A stretch of 15,110 nucleotides of DNA from Azolla caroliniana (taxonomy: Eukaryota > Plantae > Polypodiophyta), in assembly GCA_043228905.1 (NCBI GenBank), contig JBHGNT010000816.1, forward strand, positions 1 to 15,110, given 5' to 3'. The first letter of the stretch is position 1; every line of letters starts with the position of its first letter. Positions 1-12,200 of the stretch are shown here, in pieces. The notes under the pieces were generated by a model. That model was given only the letters and a program-made list of their open reading frames with translations, ran no database searches and was not told the DNA's origin. A program made the position numbers and the translations under genes.

Positions 1-747
1 CAAGTTTATTATTATGACACCACATGTTTCGCTCGTTGTTTTGCCATGGTTGATGATATGAAAGTTTCCTCCCTTCTTCATTCCACTTTGGAATGCCTCA
101 ATTGGCTCTCTATTTTGTTTGTTGACTCTCCCTTTTTGGGGTCCCATAGCACAATCAAACAAGTGACAAAAATGATCTAATGATAGAGAAGGTTCGTGAT
201 ATGACTACAGTCTACCTCACCTTTCATATAAGTTTTCCAATTCTCTTCATCTACCATTGCCTCATCATAGTTGTGCAATGGTTTCAATTAGTTGTCCATT
301 AGTTACACGTTGTAGGTGCTACCACATGACTTCTTATATAGTGCACCCACATAGGGTTTCTTGGTATTTATAAGTACAAAATCATTGACATACTCGATCA
401 ACAATGTAGATCATGCCGAGGGGAGTCAAGATTAGCGTTAGACTGCACTCTTGCAAACTACTTGCATTAGTCACTGACATTGCTTGACTTTCAAATACAT
501 ATACTTCAAACATGCTCATATTCGTTTTGATTCTTTCAGGTTTATTTTATACTCAACTAGAAAATGTTTGTCATCATATATTTTATTTGGGCTATTTTTC
601 ATCCATTGATCAAAATCAAGTCTTAGTTGTACTTAGCAAATCATTATTAATGTATTACTTTGAGGATCTCAAATAAGGAAGGTGTTTTAAAATATTAATT
701 ATTTGATTACACGAGAGAGAACTACAAGTCTCTGTTACCCTACAAAA

Positions 748-1816
<1,069 letters not shown>

Positions 1817-2032
1817 TTACTTCTTTGTTCTCTCACTCCCACTTGTTTCTATTCTCCTCTTCTAGCCTATCAAACTTGTTTCTTACCACCTTTTACTACG
1901 TGTTCTCTCTTTTGGCACCCAACATCTTCCTTGCTAATAAACACATTTGCTCACTCTTTCTTCTTCAATTGGAATAAAGTGGCTTACTTCACACGCCACC
2001 ACTTTTCTCAACCAACATGCTCCTTTCTAAGA

Positions 2033-2080
2033 TTCTCTCTCTTTCTCTCTCTCTCACTCTCCCCAACACACACACACACA
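2033..2080. repeat. Compound (CT)n/(CA)n microsatellite upstream of UBC
   Basis: ttctctctctttctctctctctcactctccccaacacacacacacaca, about 230-280 bp upstream of the ATG (GA/TG on the gene strand). Confidence 0.8.
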
Positions 2081-4743
2081 TGTTCAAATCCAAAGACATT
2101 GACACTTATGTTTCTAGACTTTTGACACCCATCACACATTACATTCTCTATCCCACTATTGTAGAATTAGTATCATATAATATCTAGTAAGAAATCATGC
2201 CTTTACAAATATAAGGATTATTATGTAAAGTGCAAACTCCACAAGTGTTGTAAAATCTAAAGACACAAGAATGCTCTATCATAGGACAACCTACCCACAT
2301 TGGTCCAAGTTCCAAATACTAAGTATACAAAATATCAAGTCCAAGTCTTTTATAGGACAATGGATGGAATGAGGGGGGGAATTATTCCAGAAGTGGTGTC
2401 CCTATGGTCATTCCCCAACAACTAGAGCCATGCACATAGGTGTATGAAGAGTCACATTTGATGGAGAAATAAACGATAGCTTTTAATACTTGATTGGCAT
2501 AACGAAAAAAAAAAAAAAAGATTTATGTGCTACGATTGGTTGTACGTTACTTACGTAAAGGACCAATTGTTTAAATCATGCTTGTATTTTACCTTCTCTT
2601 CTTCTCTATGTATGTCACGCCAAAATCATTGTGAAGTCATAACCACGTCACTTGTGTTATAACTCGACATCATCTTTCAACATCTCATAATCTCATCATC
2701 AATGGCACTTTGAGCAAAGTTGAGTGCCCTGGATTATGTGCTCATTGATTAAGAGGAATTTACCTTATTAGGTTGTGTCTTCATGTAGGAATTTCATAGT
2801 GTGATTTAAAATTGTTTTTTTAATGGTTGAAGTTGTATGTCCAATGAGTCACTCACAAGTTAATAATTATATATCACAACAATTTTAGAATCCTTTTATG
2901 TGGTGAAAAGTTTATCCATAATTCTCAAGGCAAGAGATTCTTCTTACCTTTATATGAATAGGTGGGTGCTTCTTATTGTAAGAATAGGTAAAATGTTTTA
3001 CATAGAAGCTAGACAATGAAGAGCTCACATGTGCTTGGAAGTATTTCATATTGATAATCAAATTCATTAGATTTTTGTGCATGGTATATTGACCCTTTCT
3101 CTTTGCAATGAGGTAATTCTGAAGACAAAACACTATGTTATCATTTTGTTTAAGTCCTGTGTTGTTTATGAACGTTATAAGAGGGAGTGACAAACAATGT
3201 CATTAAAACATACGTAGTTGGACATGTTGGCAAGCACCAAAAAAATGCCATGATGTGAGGACAAATGTTGATTAGATGCAAAGTGTGTAATCACATAATC
3301 ATGCACTTGGAGTGGGTTAATGCTAGCAATAACCAAATGTACCTCACATATAGAGGCAATATAGTAGGATGTTCCCATGTTTGGAACAAAGACAAATATT
3401 CCATGCTTGGACGATAAAAACATGTCAAATTACTTGCACATGCACATGTTCTTAGAATACGAAAATAAGATGGACATAATGACCACAACATACTGACTCC
3501 ACATTGACAAGGTCATTGCTCGAAGACTTATTGGAAGGTTTGTTCATTATGCAAATATTTAGCATAAGGTTTTATACTTTCTTTTGGTGGACAGTGGATA
3601 TGGATGTGCATAAAGACATCATAAATATTTTTCTACGAGTGCATCTATAATATTTAGATGACTTGGGTCTATAAGACTTTGATTGAACTTAGAATGCATG
3701 CTCGTTTAATACATATGAGGTTATGGATTGATGGAATGAATAAAGAATTGGCATATTTTTGCTCCACTTAAAATTGTTCATGTTGTCAATGATATGGATG
3801 TGATTTTGATAGTCGAGTGAAAGGATCTCGTTGGCCTCATCACTATCTTCAACCTTTGTCTTTTATTCATGAAAAGCATAATACATTTCTTAACATTTTG
3901 CATATGTTGTTCCATACAATGAGCATCAACAAAAACATGACAAAACAATATCTCATTTATATACACTTCAAACTCCAGTGTAACCCTTATAAATTCAAAT
4001 ATTATGATGCCTTAAACAATTTGCAATCTCGATATAAGAATGTCCTGTATAAAGCATAAAGACTCTATCATCTAACATACACAAAGGCTTCTCAATTAAT
4101 ATATTTGGTATAGCAAACCTTGAAACACATGACACATTATTATCAAATGGTTTTCCACCTCGCTACAATTCATTACACCTAATAAAAAAAATCAATGGTA
4201 GAGCATCACCATTGATTGTTATTCTCTACCATTGTCATGGGATTTCCACTATGTATGTTGATCTACCCAATTGGTAGTTATTTCACTCATTTTAATCTCA
4301 CAAACACATGTAATGTGCACAAGAGATTGCATTCAATTAGGTTTAGATTAGTTTATACTAATTGAGGATATTCATATTATTTATATCTAAGAGGCTGAAC
4401 GACACTATGAGCAATGTTCTACATTGCCTATGACCTCATTTTCATATTCTATAGAGACAAAGAATGGCAAAGAATAGTGGAATAGAGAGTTCATAATAAT
4501 ACAATCAATTAAAATAGTTTAATACAAATTACAAAAAGTAATGAGACAAAGATAAGTAAGCAATGCAATACTATATTAGAGAAATGTACAAGAATTCAAC
4601 TATCAAATGATTGCCAATCACTCATTATAACTATACCACTCAAGGGCTTATATGTGGTGGGTTCCTTCACCCTCTATTTCAGCTTTAGAGTTTTATTTGT
4701 TGTGAGTCTTGGCTAATGGTCAATTTCATTCTAAATCTAGTCT

Positions 4744-5324
4744 TGTGGTGCCATGGAGAATTCCGGCTACTATGAGAAAACTCGTCGAATGAGCGTGAAC
4801 GGATGTACACGAAATGGTCTTTATGAACAAACATATGTAATATTTATGTGTTGATGAGTACTAGGTGTTAGAGACATGAACTAATGTAAGCATAAAATAA
4901 GGATAAAAGATAGATCTAGATAGATAGAAAGGAGAGAAAGAAAGAAGGGTGTTGATCCACCCGACCACCCCCGAGCGAAGGGATCGAGACGGACTTGAGC
5001 CTCGATCGGTGTCCCATACCACCGTCGTGGTGTCGAGTCGTACCTGGTGCTGGCGCGCTTGCTACAAGAGTTGACCCACCACAAGACAGAGTCTCGACGT
5101 AGTCAACAAGATGATAAAATAAGGGTAGTTAGGCCTCTTATTTATAGTGATACCGAAGGCCCCCAAGCAAGTTCACACTTGGCCTAATGGGTTGTCTCAA
5201 TCCCGAGGATTAAAAGTAATCCTCCCCTTCTTTACACTCTCGTTTAACCCTCACACTTACCCACGTGTATAGAATACTATGGTAAATTCTCACCATGGGA
5301 TATTATATGGTCATGCCCATAACA
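4744..5324 (-). repeat. 3' LTR of gypsy element A
   Basis: Starts TGTTATG at 5324 directly after the PPT and has TATAAAT at 5146-5140. The left end is uncertain: 4744 (...CACCACA, where the CpG-rich sequence stops) or 4866 (...CTAACA). Confidence 0.7.
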
Positions 5325-8300
5325 TACTCCCCCTCTTTAAAACATTGCACTCTTGCAATGGAATGTTAGGGAAGTTAGTTCTGAGAGAATTTTCACGTTC
5401 CCATGTGGCATCTTTTATTGATTTATCCATCCATTTTATTTTAAATTCTTGGATTTCTTTAGTACGTAATTTTTTTGTTTTAACATCGAGAATTCTTTCT
5501 CGTACATGTGGTTTAGAAGATAATTCTTCAGAAGTAACCAAAGATTCAGTTGTAACTGTATTGTCGCCAGAACCTAGAAGTTCTTTTAGACGACTCACAT
5601 GAAAAATTGGATGAATTTCAACACCATCGGGAAGAGTGAGACGATAGGCTGATGACCCAATGCGTTTGAGGACTGTAAAAGGTCCACAAAACCGTGGGGC
5701 TAACTTAGCGCACTTACCCTTAGACAATGTCTTAGAATTGTGAGGTACACGTAAAAATACCTTCTATCCAGGGTTGAATACACGAGGTTGCCTATTATGA
5801 TCGGCATAAAAACACGCTCTATCTTGAGCTATTTTTATATTATCTCGTGCAAATATGCAACATATCTTGCATATCCCGAAGAAAGTTTTGCGTACTTCGC
5901 AACTCATCATGATGTATATTAACATCAATCGGGGCTCGTGGCTGAAAACCATACATCAACATAAAAGGACTATATCCCGTTGATGTATGCTTGGACATGT
6001 TATAAGCAAACTCCAGAATTGGGAGATAACGTTCCCATTTTGTTGGTTTTGTACCAACATATGCTCGAAGCATGTCCTCAATAATTTGATTTACTTGTTC
6101 TGTTTGTCCATCAGATTGAGGATGATCCGTGGAGATCATGCTCAATGTAGTTTTTAACTTCTTGAAGACTTGCGTCATGAAGTCACTAGTAAACTTTGGA
6201 TCTCGATCACTCATGATATCCATCGGTAACCCATAAAAACGAAATAACTTGTCAACGAATTGGTAAGCCAATTCAAGAGCTGTTACCGTGGTTTTAGTAG
6301 CAATAAATCTGGCCATTTTAGTTAGTTTATCAACCACAACCCAGATGGCATCATGGCCCTTTTGGGTGCGAGGAAGGCTAACAATAAAATCCATGGATAT
6401 ACTTTCCCACTTATTATTGGGAATGTCCAAGGGATGTAAAAGTCCTGCAGCTTTAAGTCGCTCGATTTTGTTAACCTGACATTGGTGACATTTAGTCACA
6501 TAGCTATGTATGTCAGGACGCATCTTAGGCCAATAGAATTGAGTGGAGATGAGAACGAGTGTGCGATGTATTCCAGGGTGCCATGTTGAGGGTGCATCAT
6601 GGCATTAAAAAAGAATCATCTTTTTGACCTCGGGTAAATCTGGAACACAAACCTTCCCATTACAGTAGAGTAGACTGTTAGCAATGTGGAAGTATTCCTT
6701 CAAGGATGTGGTGGTGTCTATTCCAGACTCAACTCTTGCCCAATATTTTGCAAAATAAATGTCATCAGGATACTTTCCTTGAAGGTGATCATAAAGATCT
6801 GATGATATTTCAGTGAAGCTAAGCATGTTAACTTCACGGATGTGACTTAGTGCATCAACGACAATGTTCATGGAACCTTTACGATATTGTATGGAAAAAT
6901 CAAAGTCCTGGATGAGATCAACCCATCATGCCTTACGACCTTTCAGGTCTTGTTGGTCACAAAAATATTTCAAGGACTCGTGGTTTGTAGTTACCACAAA
7001 GCGATTTCCATAAAGATAATAACGCCATGTCTTGCGCGCATGTATAATTGCAAATAATTCCTTTTCTTGAACGGTATACTGACATTGAGCAAAATCAAGT
7101 TTCTTACTCTCGAATGCTATTGGTTTACCATCTTGATATAAGACAACACCTATAGCATAATCGCTTGCATCGGTTTCAACCTCAAAAGTTTTGAAGGATC
7201 GGGTAAAAGAAGTGAAGGAGCCTTGCACACCAGGTCCTTGAGTTCCTTAAAGGTGAGGTCTAGTGTAGCATTCTAGACAATATGTTTTGTAGACTTACGC
7301 GTTTGACCTTTTAGAAGATCAGTAAACGACGTCATCAATTGGGAGTAATTACGAAGGGATTTTCGCAAAAACCCGACAAAACCAAGGAATGATTGAACTT
7401 CTCTAATGTTCCGAAGAGTGGGCCAAAGCTTGATTTTCTTGATGCGAGAAGGATCAACTTCAACTCCTTGTTCGGTTATGAGATGTCCAAGATAAGTAAT
7501 TGATTTCTTGAAGAACTCACATTTTGAGATTTTCGCATAAAACTGTTTGTCACGCAATGTTTGTAAAACAAAGCGGACATGTTTAGCATGTTCTTGTAAT
7601 GTCACTCGGAAAAACATCACGAAAATAATTTAAGATTTCATCAAGTTGTTGTTGTTCAAAAAATATTAATTGAACCGAGACATTATCGATATTGTAAACG
7701 TGAATGTCTGGATCAAGAACATGATAAAATAGAGTAGAACAAGACCACTCGGATATTGATGGAGAGGAAACAATCGAGATTGATTGTTTTTTTACACATT
7801 GAATAAAATGAGTACAATCGTTCAGTACAAATGTAATTGAATGATGAACCCAATCAATAGATAAAGAAGAGTTTTTATTATAAAACCAGGGATAACCCAA
7901 TATTACATTAGTGGCACAAAGATTCATTACATGGAAGTCTACTTCCTCTATATAAGTATAAATAGAAATTCCTAATGAATGAATCTCCCTGTTGATGTAT
8001 TGTACTCTTCCATCAGCCAAGTGCACTGTATAGGCGTGATCACTTACGGTGGGTTGGATTCCCCATATCTGAACCAAACGATCATTCACAAAGTTGTGTG
8101 AGCTTCCCGAATCAAACAAAAATTGTACGGGAGATCCATTGATATACCCGTTTGCACGTAATAAATCATTGGGACCCAATACATAGTGAGGGAAAGAACA
8201 TTGACAATTACTTAAATGATGTGTATAGACCTGAAGGACATTAGGAATCTGACCTTTATGGTCAGCAACTTTAGCTTTGTTGTCGTGCTCTTTCCGTTGG

Positions 8301-8570
8301 AGCTTTCGACATTGCTCTCCTTCTTTTTGCAGAATACGCAAAAAGGATGTTGTCGCTTACAAACGCGATCCATGAATTCGTTGGGTGTCTTGCATTTCCT
8401 AGTGAATTGCGACTGCTTAGTCCTGGGTGCTTCGTTGGGTTTGTTGTGGTCCTTCTTCGAAGTGCGTTGATAGCGAAGAACTATTTCAATGGCCTCTTCG
8501 AAGGATTTTGGATCCTTATCGTGCACTATCCAGTGATAGTCCGAATTGGGGATGCCATTGACAAAACAAG
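5311..8570 (-). pseudogene. Disrupted gypsy gag(C-terminal)-pol: broken Zn knuckle, aspartic protease, partial RT, RNase H, integrase, chromodomain
   Basis: Protease FLFDSGSSHNFV; RT C-terminus EHAKHVRFVLQTLR..KCEF; RNase H VETDASDYAIG..YTVQEKELFAI; integrase HPG..CHQCQ, WESISMDF, SDRDPKF, DGQTE; GPF motif KLAPRFCGPF; chromodomain KIKWMDKSIKDATWE. In-frame stops at about 6926, 6605 and 5764, plus several frameshifts. Confidence 0.93.
5325..5338 (-). promoter_or_regulatory. Polypurine tract of element A
   Basis: AAAGAGGGGGAGTA immediately before the TG of the LTR. Confidence 0.85.
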
Positions 8571-8575
8571 CTATT

Positions 8576-9195
8576 TGTCGAGAATCAGCACTTCGATTCA
8601 CCTTCTTCGCTCGGCCACAACCGAGTAATCGCGGATCAATGCAGCAGAAAATAGGAACCACACGAGAAACAAAAAAAAACAACGCGAGTACACAGGGATT
8701 AACGTGGAAAACCCAGACGGGAAAAACCACGGGAGTACAAGACTCCAACCCAACACTATACAGAGAAGTATACAATGGCGAGCTGCAAGGCGACGACCTT
8801 GAGCTCGCTGTCCTCGCCACAGGCGGCGGAAATACACAGAGGCGTCTACCTCTTCCTCTCTCGCGCTCTATCTCTCTCTCTCTCTCTCTCACGGCTGCTT
8901 ACACTTCACTCCTCTTGAGTGGAAAAACAGAAAAATAAGAAGCAACAACAAAACTGTTTGCCCTAAGTCATATTTATACTTATATGACTTTGGGCTATTT
9001 ACAACTGTAGCCACAGGGGCCCATAGCGAACATATTCACGGATATGTCCCTGCATCCGGATCGCTCTCCGGGTACATTCGTCATCCGGTACCGAAACCGG
9101 GGTCTTCGTCATCCGGATCCGAAACCGAAACCGGGCTTGTCGGCATTCATCTCCGATATCCGACCATCCCATCCGAAGGGACCGTAATCCCAACA
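8576..9195 (-). repeat. 3' LTR of copia B (620 bp)
   Basis: Follows the PPT. Differs from the 5' LTR at only one position I could find (g8716 vs a13452). Confidence 0.97.
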
Positions 9196-9210
9196 AACTC
9201 CCCCTTCACT
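9196..9210 (-). promoter_or_regulatory. Polypurine tract of copia B
   Basis: AGTGAAGGGGGAGTT directly before the 3' LTR, overlapping the TGA stop of the ORF. Confidence 0.92.
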
Positions 9211-12200
9211 TCGGCATGGGATGTCTCTCCAATCCGATCCTCTTCCGGCATGCTTCCAGCTTGTCGGGTGTGAGGACCTTGGTCAGCATATCCGACCCGT
9301 TCTCGTCCGTGTGGATCTTTGTCAGCACGAACTCCTTGTCTTCTATCCTTTCCCGGATCCAGTGATATCTTCGCTGGATGTGCTTCGTCCGGGAGTGATA
9401 GGCCGCGTTCTTCGCAAGGTGGATTGCACTCTGACTGTCGCAGTAGAGTCGGTACTCCTCCTGTCGGATACCGAGCTCTCTAATGAAGTCCTTCATCCAT
9501 ATTATTTCCTTGCCGGCTTCAACAGCCGCCATGTACTCTGCCTCCGTGGTTGACAGCGCAACCGTCTTCTGCAGCCTCGACTGCCATGAAACAGCTCCCC
9601 CTGCATACGTCATCACATACCCTGATGTGGACCGGCTGGTATCTGCATCAGCCGACATATCCGAATCGGTAAAGCCGTCGAGTTCGGGCTTTCCGGAGCC
9701 GAATCGGAGGCACACGTTTGCCGTGCCCTTCAGGTATCGGAGTATCCACTTGGCCGCGTTCCAATGCTCTTTGCCGGGATTGCTCATGTACCGGCTCACC
9801 ACTCCGACTGCATATCCGATGTCCGGTCTCGTACACACCATGGCGTACATCAAGCTCCCGACGGCTGAGGCATACGGCACTTTCATCATATCCTCCTTTT
9901 CAGCCTTTGTCTTGGGACTTTGCTTGCTGGACAGCTTGCAGTTTGTCGGGAGGGTCGATCCGACCGGTCTTGCTTCCGACATGTTGAACCGTTTAAGCAC
10001 CTTTGTCACGTACTTCTCTTGTGACAGCCACAACTGCTTCTTGCTCCGGTCCCGGATGATGTGCATCCCTAGTATTTGTCTCGCCGGACCCAAGTCCTTC
10101 ATTGAGAAGGTTCGGTGAAGAGCCTTCTTCAGCATCCGTATCTTGACCTGGTCCCGTCCGACGATCAACATGTCGTCCACGTACAGGAGGAGTATTAGAA
10201 AGTCTCCTCCTTCGAACTTCTTCACAAACACGCAGTGGTCGGACTGCGTTTTGAGGTACCCTTCGTCGGTCATGAAGGAGTCGAACTTCCGGTACCATTG
10301 CCGGGGAGCCTGCTTCAGTCCGTAAAGGCTCTTCTTCAACCGGCATACCAGGTGCTCCTTCCCTTTCTTCTCGAATCCTTCCGGTTGCTGCATGTAGATC
10401 TCTTCATCGAGGTCGCCGTGAAGGAATGCCGTCTTCACGTCCATCTGTTCTACCTCGAGGTCCATGCTTGCCGCTATGCTCAGCACCGTCCGGATGGAGG
10501 TCATCTTCACTACCGGGGCAAATATCTCGTCGAAGTCGACGCCCTTCTTCTGCTGAAACCCCTTCACCACGATCCTGGCTTTGTATCTCGGGGGTTTTCC
10601 GGCATCTCCCGGTTTCAGCTTGAACACCCACTTGTTTCGAAGTGCCCGCTTTCCTTTCGGCAACTCCACAAGTTCATATGTGTGGTTCTCATGCAGGGAA
10701 TCCATCTCGTCCTGCATGGCACTCAACCACCTGCGGCTCTGGGTGTCATGCTTCGCTTCCTCAAAGCTCTCCGGCTCCCCCTCGTCGGTTAGCAACACGT
10801 GCTCTAGTTCCGGAAATCTCCGGGGGGCCCTTCTCTCTCTTTGAGGGTATCTCCGTTTCGGAGCTTCGGTAACCGGTTCTTCCGATTCTTCTTCTTCATC
10901 CGAATCTATTTCGGGATCGGGGCCGGTTCCGGTATCATTTTCATCTTCTTCGGCTGGTTCTGTTTCTTCACCGTCTTCGACCGGATCCTCGAGTGCTAAC
11001 CGGTCCCTTGCCGGTCGGGACTGCTCCTCGTAGAGTTTATCCTCACCAGTCGACTTGGAGCTCTTCATCTTCTTCTCCGACTCCCAGTCGGCGAGTGTCT
11101 TGTCCTCCATAAAGACGATATCTCGACTCCTGAATATCTTCTTGTCGACCGGGTCCCATACTCGGTAGCCGAACTCGTCGTCGCCGTAACCGAGGAATAT
11201 GCATGGCCGGGTCTTCGGATCTAGCTTTCCTCTCCGGTCCTTCGCCACGTGCACGTATGCGAGACACCCGAACACCTTCAGATGCCGGTAGGATACTTCC
11301 CTACTGGTCCACACTCTCTGCGGTGTGTCTCCGTCCAAAGGTACTGAGGGTGATCGGTTTATCACATATGTCGCCGTCGACATTGCCTCAGCCCAAAACC
11401 CCTTGGGTAATTTCGCATGCGCCAGCATACTCCGAACCCTCTCCATTATGGTTCGGTTCATCCTCTCGGCCAGCCCGTTCAGTTCCGGCGTCTTCGGCAC
11501 AGTAAACTCGAGCCGGATTCCCTTCGAGCGACAGTACTCCTGGAACTGCCCCCGGTATTCCCCTCCGTTATCCGCTCGTATCGCTTTCAGCTTCTTGCCG
11601 GATTCCCTTTCCACTCTCGCGTGGAGTTCTTTGAAGACGCACAACACTTGGTCCTTTGTCTTCAACGGTGCCGTCCACAGTCTTCGGCTGTGATCATCTA
11701 TGAAAGTTACGAAGTACTGGGCTCCGCCATGTGACTTCGTTTCTACCTGACACACGTCGGTGTGCACCAACTCCAATGGTGCGCTACGTCTCGTCGGTGG
11801 CCTTGAGTGGAAGGAGGTTCGGTTCTGCTTACCGGCCAGGCAGTCGGTGCACTTCTCCAGGTGCACATGCTTCACCGGAATAAGGTTGTCTTCTGCAAGC
11901 CTCTTCATCCCCTTCTCACTCATGTGGCACAGTCTTTTGTGCCACAGCTCACCGGCAGTGTCGGCTGCCACATTCAGCTCTTTCGGACATAACCGGGCAT
12001 TCATCAGGTACAGTGTGTTGACCTTCCGGGCCCGAGCCACTATCAAGCTCCCCTTGCTGAACTTCATGACACCGTTGCGGATGCTACCCGTGTAGCCTTC
12101 ATCATCTAGCCTCCCGGCCGAAATCAGGTTCAGTCGGACCTCCGGAACGTGTCGGACATTCTTCAGCAGCATTTTGCATCCGGTCGGGGTTGTCAACCAC

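Noticed and set aside
340-460. LTR/PPT-like fragments (tatttataag, gaggggagt...tgcactctt) downstream of UBC
   Set aside because: Short motifs only, with no boundaries or coding remnant to support an element call.
2900-4100. Short AT-rich ORFs (62-93 aa)
   Set aside because: No recognisable domain or splice structure; lengths are compatible with chance.
8212-8938. LTR-spanning ORFs (226 aa minus, 130/146 aa plus, 154 aa), including an apparent LTR-gag fusion
   Set aside because: They mostly use non-ATG starts, read through the TC microsatellite and cross insertion junctions. Only the portion below 8575 is real (dead) gag.
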